Virus record (IMG/VR): IMGVR_UViG_3300028797_000097 | Strand: one strand, 5' to 3' | Origin: a virus | Lineage: Duplodnaviria > Heunggongvirae > Uroviricota > Caudoviricetes | Length of the DNA: 64,000 nt | In this document: piece after piece, positions 10,312-19,285 of the stretch | How positions within the stretch are numbered: position 1 is the stretch's first letter | How the letters are laid out: each line of letters begins with the position of its first letter | Translations under genes and position numbers: made by a program | The notes under the pieces: model-generated | What the model saw: the letters and a program-made list of their open reading frames with translations, nothing else | What the model was told of the DNA's origin: nothing | Database searches by the model: none

Positions 10312-10338
10312 TATTTATAACAACTAAAACTATAAATA
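10312..10338. promoter_or_regulatory. Back-to-back late promoters (TATAAATA on - at 10312-10319, on + at 10331-10338)
   Basis: T4 gp55 consensus upstream of TerL-C and ORF 10367. Confidence 0.75.
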
Positions 10339-10366
10339 TTATAAAACAATTAGAAGGGCTTAAAAT

Positions 10367-11713
10367 ATGTTAAATTTAGATGTAACTCCTGCTGAAATGA
10401 GTTCTGACGAAATCAAGTCATGGCTTAATGAATGTGCAGCTGAAATTGAAAAAGCATATGATGATGATAATATTACATATGCAAATAAGCTTGATATGAT
10501 TTATCAAGCAGTAAAGCAAATGGGTGCTGAAAAACTCAAGAATGAATCCTTTAAGGGATATATGAAAGCTTCATTCTTATCAGAATCTGTTACTGAAGAT
10601 GGTAATGATGCAACAAGCTTGATTGAAGTTGATGAATGTATCAATACAATTAAGAAGCAATTAAAAGATTGCGAAGTTGAACTTGATGCAAAGGTAACAG
10701 TTGATGAAAATTTAAAGGTTGTTGACTTTCAACCGATTACCGTTGATATTGGTTTTAAGCTTCCTTATATTGACGATTTGCAACACATTGTCTTAACATA
10801 TACACCTTCTGAAATTCCTACTGATTTAGATATTGATTCTATTCCAGCCAAGGATTATAAGGCAACACCACAAGGCGAAAATACAGAAATTGCATTTAAG
10901 TCTATTACCAATTTGTCTGATAATCTTCCAGAATTAATGTTCAAGGAAACTATCGAATGGCCATTTGAAATGGATTTCAAGTCTGCTGCAGTAGAAAAGA
11001 AGTTTAATAAGAATAAGACTTTAACTGCTAAGATTGTTGCGTTACTTGGTAAGGAACAATTAATTAATAAGGTTAGTGGTTATCAGTCTACTCACTCTTC
11101 TGGTTCTAATAGAGCAACAAGAGCAAAGAGAGAAGCTGAAGTAATCAGGGCATCAGTTCGTGCTCGTGGACCATTCAAATCCAGAACTGAAATTCTTAAA
11201 GATACACTTACTGCAATTCCAGGCATTACTTCTGTTAGAGAAATGGATGTCATGGGTGATCATAAGTATTATAAGAAGTTCAGAATTACCTTTAATGGCG
11301 GTTGGTTTGATGTTTTCAATGGCGGTATGGATTTCAGAGTTACTGATAGTACTGGTGGTTTCGGTAATAGTCAGGAATTCAGAACTGATACACATGATCC
11401 AGACGCATCTGTAAATAATACACGTAATAAAGTTGTAGCATATATCAAGCAGAGAATGGAAGCTATTAAACGTGGCGGTATGGGTGCTAGAGAACGTGCT
11501 GCTTTAGAGATGAGAAATAGACCGCAAAGACGCGATTTAACGACTGAATATAACGAGTTTGTTAAGATGGCTGAAGAAACCCTAGCTGGAACAAATGTCA
11601 CGTCCAGAGACGTCTTATCAGACAAATATGACCGTCTCATGTATAGTGAACGTTTCTTGTCTGATGAGCAGATGACTAAGATTACTGAACTTGCAACACA
11701 ACTTGATATTTAA
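10367..11713 (+). CDS. Hypothetical late protein
   Basis: 448 aa ORF with late promoter; internal FKGYMKASFLSE resembles a gp21 cleavage context. Confidence 0.6.
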   Translation: MLNLDVTPAEMSSDEIKSWLNECAAEIEKAYDDDNITYANKLDMIYQAVKQMGAEKLKNESFKGYMKASFLSESVTEDGNDATSLIEVDECINTIKKQLKDCEVELDAKVTVDENLKVVDFQPITVDIGFKLPYIDDLQHIVLTYTPSEIPTDLDIDSIPAKDYKATPQGENTEIAFKSITNLSDNLPELMFKETIEWPFEMDFKSAAVEKKFNKNKTLTAKIVALLGKEQLINKVSGYQSTHSSGSNRATRAKREAEVIRASVRARGPFKSRTEILKDTLTAIPGITSVREMDVMGDHKYYKKFRITFNGGWFDVFNGGMDFRVTDSTGGFGNSQEFRTDTHDPDASVNNTRNKVVAYIKQRMEAIKRGGMGARERAALEMRNRPQRRDLTTEYNEFVKMAEETLAGTNVTSRDVLSDKYDRLMYSERFLSDEQMTKITELATQLDI

Positions 11714-11720
11714 AAAAAAT

Positions 11721-11780
11721 AAAGCTTGGATAAATTCCAAGCTTTTTTAATATAAAAAAATATGTGAACAAAAGTTCACA
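11721..11780. terminator. Two hairpins between convergent genes
   Basis: AAAGCTTGGA-5-TCCAAGCTTT (11721-11745) and TGTGAAC-4-GTTCACA (11763-11780). Confidence 0.75.
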
Positions 11781-11804
11781 TATTTTTATTTTCTCCTAAA
11801 TCTA

Positions 11805-13052
11805 TTAGATAGCACCGTAGTCAGTTAATCTTGCAGCAACATCTAAGTAATTTTCGTAAGATTCGTTGATTAATTCTTTATTTTCTTCAACTTTAGTAGA
11901 TTCTTCAACTGGTTCTGTTTCAGCAACTGGAGTGTTATTAACTTGAACTTCTAAACCATTTGTCTGGAGAGCAGTTGTTGCACGTCTTAATGCAGCAGGA
12001 GTACCAGTAATATGAACAATAGAACCATCAATTTCAGAAGTTACGTTAACATTCGGGAAGATTTCTTCAGCAGCAATCTGTGCTTCTTCTGCATTAACAA
12101 ATTCAATCCAGAGATCATTAGAAGATGCTGTAGCAGCTGGTGCTTCAGGTGTAATGAATTCACCATATTCACCAATAAGATCTTCCAATTCTTCTTGTTT
12201 CTTCTTAATTGTAAGAGAACCATCTTCATTTTCAGTAAACTTAATGTTACCATTATTAAGTCTGATTCTTACACGAGTTAATGCACCTGGAGTTGCTGGC
12301 TTAAAGATAGATACCTTACCAGAAGCAACAGTATTAACTCTGTTTCTACCGACAGCGATTTCGAGCTTAGTATATAAACCTTCAACCTTTTCTCTTTCTT
12401 CTGCAGTAAGTTCATCTGCACGAGCCATTAATTGGTCAATACGGTCCTTGATAAGGTCAGCATTGGAACCACCACGGCTGAAAGAAGTAATAGAATTTTG
12501 AATATTTCTAATGAGTGTTTTAGCATCAAGTGCGCTATCGTCACGAGAATGAGTAGTTCTTGCAAGACCTTGTTCAGTCCAACCGCCTTGCGGAATACCT
12601 TCACCGCCTTCAACACACTGATTAATATATTCTCTTTCTTTCTGTAATTCTTCGAGATATTCTTGATTACCTGTTTCTGGGAATACTGCAAGTGCTGCAT
12701 CGAAGTTTGCTAAAAGAGTTTCAGCAGTATTCTGAGACATACCCTTACTGTTAGCACTCTTAAAGTCATTTTCAACCTTAGAAAGAGCTTCAGCAACACC
12801 GAATGTCTTAGCTTGACCTCTAACTGTCAAATCAACAGTTCCTGCATCTTCAAGACCTGCGAAAGAACCAGTATAACGACCATTAAAACGAGCCATTTCG
12901 GAAAGAATCTGATATGACTTTGTTTTTGTAGCACGACGTGATTCTAAGGATTCCATCAAGCTCTTAACAGTATTCTTAATATAGCCATCAAGATTATCAT
13001 TGACAGAGTAACCAACAGAACCTAAAATTTTCTTTGCTTCATTTAATTTCAT
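11805..13052 (-). CDS. Putative internal head protein with EAxxIxxxxGY leader
   Basis: MKLNEAKKILGSVGY leader, ILSE|MA putative cleavage site, late promoter 13084-13091. Confidence 0.55.
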   Translation of the reverse strand: MKLNEAKKILGSVGYSVNDNLDGYIKNTVKSLMESLESRRATKTKSYQILSEMARFNGRYTGSFAGLEDAGTVDLTVRGQAKTFGVAEALSKVENDFKSANSKGMSQNTAETLLANFDAALAVFPETGNQEYLEELQKEREYINQCVEGGEGIPQGGWTEQGLARTTHSRDDSALDAKTLIRNIQNSITSFSRGGSNADLIKDRIDQLMARADELTAEEREKVEGLYTKLEIAVGRNRVNTVASGKVSIFKPATPGALTRVRIRLNNGNIKFTENEDGSLTIKKKQEELEDLIGEYGEFITPEAPAATASSNDLWIEFVNAEEAQIAAEEIFPNVNVTSEIDGSIVHITGTPAALRRATTALQTNGLEVQVNNTPVAETEPVEESTKVEENKELINESYENYLDVAARLTDYGAI

Positions 13053-13096
13053 TTTAAATTCTCCTAATTTAATTACTTTATATTATTTATAAAGAA

Positions 13097-13498
13097 TTAT
13101 TCAGAAATATTATTAATATTGAATTTTCTGACTTTTTTATAATTAACCGCTTCGTTATGTGAAACAATATCGAATTTTGTTCTATGCGGGATGATTTCGT
13201 TCATATCATTAATAGAAATCATATGCCATTTTGTTAGCCATAATGCAATAGAATTGCGTCTTTCTATATCTTCTAAAGATACATTACCAAAGCCATGATA
13301 TCCATTCTTATTAGGAGCTAATGTAAATAATTGTTTAAAATGAACTAAATAATACGTATCAAACTGTTTTAAAAGGTGACAAGATTGATAAATTATCTTA
13401 TTTTTCTTATCAACAATTCCCATTCTTGACAATGTTTCTTTAATAACATTTGGATCTACCAGTAGCTTCACTTCCAATAATCTGTTTGTCTGGTACAT
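13097..13498 (-). CDS. regA: Translational repressor RegA
   Basis: LEVKL...IKETLSRMGI...IYQSCHLL...YYLVHFKQLF...DIERRNSIALWL matches RegA. Confidence 0.9.
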   Translation of the reverse strand: MYQTNRLLEVKLLVDPNVIKETLSRMGIVDKKNKIIYQSCHLLKQFDTYYLVHFKQLFTLAPNKNGYHGFGNVSLEDIERRNSIALWLTKWHMISINDMNEIIPHRTKFDIVSHNEAVNYKKVRKFNINNISE

Positions 13499-13924
13499 TT
13501 AATATTCCTCTGGTTTCCAATCAAATTCTTTCATTTCACTTAAGAATAATTTATTAGCAACAGCTTCTGGTTCAATTTCATCAGTTATTGAACTAGTAAA
13601 GAATGTCATTAAAATATCTTTAACGCTTGTATATCTAACAAGTTCAGATTCAGATAATTTCGAGAAGCCATAATCAGCATAACCATTATTACTATAAATT
13701 AAATCCATTTCTTTTTTAAGTTTAGTAATATTAAGGTATTTACTATTGTAAATTAAATACTTATTATTTTTAACTTCTCTAGCTGTCCAAATAGTAGGTT
13801 TTGCAGTTTTAACTACTTCTTCAAGCGTTAATTCTTTATCAGCTTTACGAACAACTGTATCTTTTATCTGTTCATCAGTCGCTTTATTTTCTTCTTCTAC
13901 TAGATATTGCTTAAAATTAATCAT
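13499..13924 (-). CDS. Hypothetical protein with T4 capsid-targeting-like N-terminus
   Basis: MINFKQYLVEE resembles the T4 internal-protein CTS (MKTYQEFIAE); TATAAATA at 13930-13937. Confidence 0.55.
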   Translation of the reverse strand: MINFKQYLVEEENKATDEQIKDTVVRKADKELTLEEVVKTAKPTIWTAREVKNNKYLIYNSKYLNITKLKKEMDLIYSNNGYADYGFSKLSESELVRYTSVKDILMTFFTSSITDEIEPEAVANKLFLSEMKEFDWKPEEY

Positions 13925-13941
13925 ATAATTATTTATAAGTA

Positions 13942-13969
13942 AAAAAGGAGTATTAAAGTACTCCTTTTT
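13942..13969. terminator. Intrinsic terminator
   Basis: AAAAAGGAGTA-6-TACTCCTTTTT. Confidence 0.8.
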
Positions 13970-13987
13970 CTTTATTTTTTGTTAAAA

Positions 13988-14779
13988 TTACTTAATTTTT
14001 GGTAAGAAGAACGACGGAACGAATGGCATCGGAAGTAAAATATCTTCACCACAAGAATCGCACTTAAACTTTGCTACTGGCTTTGCACTGAAAAGCAATT
14101 CTGCCATTTCATTTGTAAAATGACTGAAGCTCTTTGCATCCATATCACAAATATATTCGTAAGCCTTATACAAAGACATCTTAGTATCATTTACCTTAAG
14201 AATATAGCTAGAAAGTTCAAGAAGTTCAGGATTGATTTCAATCATGATGTTTTGGTCATTCTTTAAACGATTGATTGCACCTTCAGTAGCGATTGTCGGA
14301 TAAGTAATTGTAATCTTATCCTTATTTGGTAATTCAATATATTCTGGAACGTCTTTGTCAAGATATGTAACGTCAAGATTCTTGAGGAAGAACTTATAAT
14401 TTCTGATATTACCACAATTATCACAAGTTCCACGAAGAAGGAACGGAATATCATCATAAGTGAAAGCACGGAGGTAATAAATTAACCAAATCTTATCACC
14501 TGTAAGAATCTTACCTGTTTCAATACCCCATAAACAATTAGAAAGAACATTATTAATAACATTATTAATATTATTTTCATTAATTGTTGCAAGATTCTTA
14601 ATATTTAAAGTATTTAATTTCTTTACATAGATTGTTTCTGGATAGAATTTACCTCTTGACGGTAATAAACTCTTATCCAACATTACTGCACCTTTAGGTG
14701 GTTGATTACTTAACTGATTAGAAACTTCTCCAACATTACTTTGAGTAATATTATTCAAATCTAACTTTTCTGATTTCAT
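13988..14779 (-). CDS. Baseplate hub assembly protein, gp26-like (second paralog)
   Basis: LPSRGKFYP, GDKIWLIYYLRAFTY, CDNC, CDSC; late promoter 14812-14819. Confidence 0.7.
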   Translation of the reverse strand: MKSEKLDLNNITQSNVGEVSNQLSNQPPKGAVMLDKSLLPSRGKFYPETIYVKKLNTLNIKNLATINENNINNVINNVLSNCLWGIETGKILTGDKIWLIYYLRAFTYDDIPFLLRGTCDNCGNIRNYKFFLKNLDVTYLDKDVPEYIELPNKDKITITYPTIATEGAINRLKNDQNIMIEINPELLELSSYILKVNDTKMSLYKAYEYICDMDAKSFSHFTNEMAELLFSAKPVAKFKCDSCGEDILLPMPFVPSFFLPKIK

Positions 14780-14831
14780 ATTTTCACCTTTAATATTTAA
14801 ACAATTTTATATATTTATAAATTTTAAATAT

Positions 14832-15160
14832 CTATCTATACACACGTTCAAAATATCTGTAGAGACAATAAGCCTATTTAAGGAAATAGGCAAAAGACTA
14901 ATACATCTGTCTTCGACTAGTGGATTTACAAACGAGCTTACGGGTCGGTCATCCTGTACTCCGGCTATATCTCGTCCTACCAATGGCGGCTAAATATACT
15001 GCTTGCTAGACAGTATTTCGATGAACATTCCATTATCCGTTAATACCGGATCATATAAATGAAAGACACAGTTCTAGTATCTTTAATGGCTAACCCTCTA
15101 CCGACAGTTCCATTGGATTGGTCTTCGCTCCGAGGAATTAGACTTTGGAATTTATGGAAT
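14832..15160 (-). ncRNA. Candidate structured non-coding RNA (~330 nt), family unknown
   Basis: ORF-free, GC-richer than its flanks, at least 8 helices with G-U wobbles only on the minus strand, own promoter at 15161-15191. Confidence 0.6.
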
Positions 15161-15191
15161 CAAATATAGATTGATTGTAAAATTTTGTAAA
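15161..15191 (-). promoter_or_regulatory. Promoter of the candidate ncRNA (TTTACA-N17-TATATT, with a CTATATTTG core)
   Basis: Located immediately 5' of the first predicted helix. Confidence 0.6.
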
Positions 15192-15218
15192 CTAAAGAAT
15201 ACCAAAAAGTCTGATTTT

Positions 15219-17273
15219 TTAGCTTAGATAACCATATTCCCTAATAACACGTTTAAAGCTTGCTTTAGTTTTATCTTTAACTTTTAACTTATCAACACTT
15301 CTGGATAATTCATCCAATGTAGCCTGACTAAATGTTCCACGTTTAATATCTTCATTAAGCATCTGAACATTACTTTCATCCTTATTGAACTGGTTCCAAA
15401 CAGTCTTAAATCCACTATAAGCATGTTCCATATGTAACATACCCTGAACTGTCTTATTAGCAGTGCCTTTATTGCTATCAATAACTGTTTGTCTAGTGCT
15501 TTCAGACCAACCCTCGGTATCTACTAACATATTCTTATCGCTAACTCTCTGAGAAGCATCTTCATCAAGCTGAATATTTAGATAAATACCCTTACCCTTA
15601 TCAAGCTTAACTACAGATGTATTACCATAGTCATCTGTAATAACACCACCTGTTGTTTCAAGTAATTGATTAAGACCTTCTTTAGCACCTTTCAAGTTTG
15701 CTTTCTTACGTTCTTCTTTAGTAGTATAACCTATACCACCACCATTTGCTAAAAATACGTCAACAATTGCTTCTTTACCACCAAATGCTTCTTGAACAGC
15801 CTTGTTAAGTGAAGCAGAATCTTTGAACTGCATTGTAACACCATTGATGTTAACAGTAATTTCACCAAGGTCACTATAACCTCTAGCACCTTCAGAAGAA
15901 CCAGAACCTAAGTTAATTGTACCTCTTGCACCACCAGTATCAAGCATATCAAAGAATACGTGTCCACGTTCACCTTCCCTAGCAGTAACTTCTTTTTCAT
16001 AAGAATAAACAATAGCACCTATTAATGGGTCATTACCATTATAACTACTACGTATAGGTGTGGTTTCTTTCTTAGGAGTATCAACTTCCATACCAACAGC
16101 TTCTTTAATTGCTCTATTCAAATCATCTTCAGTTGCATAATCTTTCTGTAATTCTTTAGCAAGAGAATCAGCATCAGTTACTGGTTTATTCAATTCATCA
16201 ATTCTAGCAACATTTTCATTCATCTTATATAAAATATCACTAATTTCTGCAACTGTTTCTTCATCAGCATTAGTAAATTTTAAGAATCTTGCTACAGCTT
16301 CAGTTTCATAAATATCTGCACCATTTGCAGCATTAAATCCGACTAATTCATAATCACCACCAGCAACAGATTCTTTTGTATTCTCACCATGTTCAGCACG
16401 AATATTAGCATTCAAGAAATTCAATAGAGTTTCAGTTTGATTTGCCATTGTGCTGCCACCTTTACTTTCAGCAATTTGTTGCATAAGTGCTAGTTGTTCA
16501 GGAGAAGCATTTTCCATACTTTTTGCATAAGCAACAGCAAGGCGTTCCATCATATATTGATTTAAATCTAAGTTTTCATTAGCCAATTCATCAATTCTCT
16601 TATCAGCCAATTTACGTTCAGCTTTCAATATCTTATCAGCATACTCAGTATTTTTATGATTTTTGAGAGTTTCTTTAAGAGCATCATTAAGCGCTTTATT
16701 ATCTGGCAATGTATATTCTGTAGTATATCTGCTTATTTCATCATTATCACCATAATGTTCTAATGTTAATGGTTCGTCCATTACATAAACAACATTAAAT
16801 GTAGCAGTAATTTCGATTGGACTACCAAATCCGTTATTATTGAAAGATGGCATTCCATGTTCTTTTAAACGACATACATAAACTTTTCTATCAGCAACGT
16901 CTACCATTGATTCATTAAATTGTGTAACGCGTATATTGATAAGAGGAGGTAAATATCCTTTATAGAGATTCGGTCCCATCCATGTACATAATTGTTTAAA
17001 GACTTCCATCTTGTCTGTTTCTTCAAAAGTAATTTCTAATGAAGTTTCACCATACTTAAAGATAGGAACGACATATGCAGTATTACCGAAAACCTTTTTA
17101 TTTTCGGTATCTAATTTATATACTGGTTGAGTAATCTTCTTAATAGTATACTTGAATTTAGTATACTCTTCAATTCTATCACCTTCAGCAGCATTAGGCC
17201 AGATTTCAGCACTGAATCTGTAATTGATATGTGGTCTAAGCCTTTGTATATTAAAAATATTTACAAGTCCCAT
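15219..17273 (-). CDS. Tail-tube-fold (gp19/gp54-like) protein with long C-terminal extension containing a lysozyme-like motif
   Basis: N-terminal ~165 aa YRFSAEIW...KKITQP...LEITFEETD...INIRVTQF...EITATFNV; C-terminal region has EGERGHVFFD...GTINLG. Confidence 0.6.
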   Translation of the reverse strand: MGLVNIFNIQRLRPHINYRFSAEIWPNAAEGDRIEEYTKFKYTIKKITQPVYKLDTENKKVFGNTAYVVPIFKYGETSLEITFEETDKMEVFKQLCTWMGPNLYKGYLPPLINIRVTQFNESMVDVADRKVYVCRLKEHGMPSFNNNGFGSPIEITATFNVVYVMDEPLTLEHYGDNDEISRYTTEYTLPDNKALNDALKETLKNHKNTEYADKILKAERKLADKRIDELANENLDLNQYMMERLAVAYAKSMENASPEQLALMQQIAESKGGSTMANQTETLLNFLNANIRAEHGENTKESVAGGDYELVGFNAANGADIYETEAVARFLKFTNADEETVAEISDILYKMNENVARIDELNKPVTDADSLAKELQKDYATEDDLNRAIKEAVGMEVDTPKKETTPIRSSYNGNDPLIGAIVYSYEKEVTAREGERGHVFFDMLDTGGARGTINLGSGSSEGARGYSDLGEITVNINGVTMQFKDSASLNKAVQEAFGGKEAIVDVFLANGGGIGYTTKEERKKANLKGAKEGLNQLLETTGGVITDDYGNTSVVKLDKGKGIYLNIQLDEDASQRVSDKNMLVDTEGWSESTRQTVIDSNKGTANKTVQGMLHMEHAYSGFKTVWNQFNKDESNVQMLNEDIKRGTFSQATLDELSRSVDKLKVKDKTKASFKRVIREYGYLS

Positions 17274-17276
17274 AGA

Positions 17277-18134
17277 TTACCAACCCTCAAAAGGATCATA
17301 GTATTGTGGATTCTCTTCTTTAATTTCTTCAGACTTATATATGACATTAGTCGGAACATTATCTTTTGGTTCATTGTTAATATCAGTATCAGTCATTGCA
17401 TCTGTATTTGTAGATAACATATCAGATTCAGGTGCAACTTCACTTGTCTTGTCTGTTGTAGAAGTAGAAGTATCAAGTTTAAATGTTTCTGCAAGTTCTG
17501 CATACTTTCTAAATTCATCCATTGGGTCACTATTAACATTGAGTTCATCAACGTTTTCATGATTGTTGTGCCAGACACGTAACTTGAATGTATAAGTAAT
17601 TGGAGTAGACAAGAATGTCGTCTGTTCAGCAAATTCCTTTACATTAACAACTTCATAATAAGTGTCAGAATATTCGATATAAACAATATCACCAATCTTT
17701 GGAACCTCAGCTTCGTAAATATCCTTCATATCTGGATATGAAAGTTGAGATGCTTCATAGAAATGTTGAACTGTGCATTGACAAGTTATAATTTCTGGAA
17801 AAATCATACCCTGAAGTTCATATTGTCTCTGCATTGTTGGGATAGATTCAGTATACATCTTTAATAAGAATCTACGTTCTACATTTGCCAATGGGTCTTC
17901 ACCATATAATCTGTCTTTTTTAGTATCAATGTTTTTTAAATAATATTGAACTTCAAATCCAAACATATTATATGCTTCAGAAGAAAGTTCAGAAAGTAAT
18001 GCTGCTTCTGCTTTATAACAGTCATTTTCCATACTATCGAAATAACGAGGAGCAGTCCAGTCCTTACCTTGGACTGAACAGTTACCCTGTTTAAATAGTT
18101 TAGAAAATTCAGATGCATATGATTGAACTGCCAT
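17277..18134 (-). CDS. gp14: Neck / head closure protein (T4 gp14-like)
   Basis: SEAYNMFGFEVQYY...DRLYGEDP...PKIGDIVYIEYSDTYYEVVNV. Confidence 0.8.
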   Translation of the reverse strand: MAVQSYASEFSKLFKQGNCSVQGKDWTAPRYFDSMENDCYKAEAALLSELSSEAYNMFGFEVQYYLKNIDTKKDRLYGEDPLANVERRFLLKMYTESIPTMQRQYELQGMIFPEIITCQCTVQHFYEASQLSYPDMKDIYEAEVPKIGDIVYIEYSDTYYEVVNVKEFAEQTTFLSTPITYTFKLRVWHNNHENVDELNVNSDPMDEFRKYAELAETFKLDTSTSTTDKTSEVAPESDMLSTNTDAMTDTDINNEPKDNVPTNVIYKSEEIKEENPQYYDPFEGW

Positions 18135-18138
18135 ACAT

Positions 18139-18150
18139 TATTTATAAATA
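18139..18150. promoter_or_regulatory. Palindromic bidirectional late promoter TATTTATAAATA
   Basis: TATAAATA on both strands between divergent genes. Confidence 0.75.
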
Positions 18151-18174
18151 ATAAAGAATATTGGAGAATTTTAA

Positions 18175-18759
18175 ATGGATAAAAAATACGGAAAAATCTT
18201 TAAAACTGTTCCAAAACAATCTTTTAGCGATTATTTTTCTACTAAAAAAAGAGAAATAAATGACGAAGAAAGATATAATGAAGCAGTTAGAATTATGCAT
18301 GAACATCGATATGCTATTTTAAACGAAGGTAAAATGGCACAATGGATTGCTGGTGTTGCATTGTCATTAGGACTTATTACTAATGCCATGGCAAGAGATT
18401 TTAATGCTCAAGCTTCATCTGGATATACAAGTCAGAAAGCATCTACTTCTATATTTAATAAAAATTTACAGAAGAATTTTAATATGGAATCTGACGTTCA
18501 GTTGACTGACACGATGGTTCAAAATATTGTTGATAATGTCGCTAAGAAGATTGCAAATAGAATGGTTAAAGAAAATAAATATGAAGAAGATGAATTACTT
18601 GAACTTCCAGAATGGAAAGATGCAGTTGAATTCTATAAGCAACTTGTAAAGGCTGATGAAAGTTTAGGTAATATGTTTTCTCGTCGTTTAGATAAAGCAC
18701 TAACACAAAGTATTAGAATTGCTCCTAACATACAACGATATGTTTTAAAGAATGGTTAA
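18175..18759 (+). CDS. Hypothetical protein with EAxxI motif and hydrophobic segment
   Basis: YNEAVRIMHEHRYAILNE|GK followed by WIAGVALSLGLITNAMA. Confidence 0.55.
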   Translation: MDKKYGKIFKTVPKQSFSDYFSTKKREINDEERYNEAVRIMHEHRYAILNEGKMAQWIAGVALSLGLITNAMARDFNAQASSGYTSQKASTSIFNKNLQKNFNMESDVQLTDTMVQNIVDNVAKKIANRMVKENKYEEDELLELPEWKDAVEFYKQLVKADESLGNMFSRRLDKALTQSIRIAPNIQRYVLKNG

Positions 18760-18765
18760 ATTAAA

Positions 18766-18789
18766 AAGGTTACTCAAACGAGTAACCTT
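18766..18789. terminator. Bidirectional terminator
   Basis: AAGGTTACTC-4-GAGTAACCTT. Confidence 0.8.
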
Positions 18790-18795
18790 AAATTT

Positions 18796-19272
18796 TTAAT
18801 TCTTACCAAGTAATGTAATTAAATCATCTTTTGTTTGTCTTGGTGTTTCATATTTAACAAATTGACCACCACCATTTGCAAATGCTTCACAATTTTTTCT
18901 GAAGTCATCAATCAATACTGAATTTTGGTCAGCATAATATTCTTTTTCTTTACCAAGATTCGTAATAATAATGTGATGTTTATCAATTTTGGTATTATTC
19001 TTTAACCAATTTAGTTTACCAATCTTACCGTCTGTGAAATTTACAGAAGTTAAGATAAATAAATCTATATTTTCTTGTTCACAGAGTTTTAAAATCCATT
19101 CGTAAAGTTCTTTACCTTCAGGAAGCCACTCCATTTCTTCCCAGAATTCTGGACCTCCCTGGTGAACTATTTCCCAGTTGACCTTGTTACCGTTAATACA
19201 TTCATACTTTTCGCATTGTCCGCGAAAATTAACAATAACACCGTCCATGTCAAGAAAAATTTTATCAATCAT
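18796..19272 (-). CDS. HAD-family 5'(3')-deoxyribonucleotidase
   Basis: FLDMDGV motif I, ILTS motif II, GK, LIDD motif IV. Confidence 0.85.
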   Translation of the reverse strand: MIDKIFLDMDGVIVNFRGQCEKYECINGNKVNWEIVHQGGPEFWEEMEWLPEGKELYEWILKLCEQENIDLFILTSVNFTDGKIGKLNWLKNNTKIDKHHIIITNLGKEKEYYADQNSVLIDDFRKNCEAFANGGGQFVKYETPRQTKDDLITLLGKN

Positions 19273-19285
19273 AATTTATCCTATA

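Noticed and set aside
10279-10320. Possible frameshift or readthrough joining IntC to an upstream IntN (in-frame FCLFQ* precedes the ATG)
   Set aside because: In-frame TGA and TAA lie within 40 nt, the region holds late promoters, and the next gene is divergent; no N-half sequence is present.
14832-15160. tRNA, tmRNA, RNase P or group I intron identity for the structured region
   Set aside because: No T-loop/CCA, tag ORF or P4 signature. GAGATATAGCC only loosely resembles the group I S element, and the region does not interrupt a gene.
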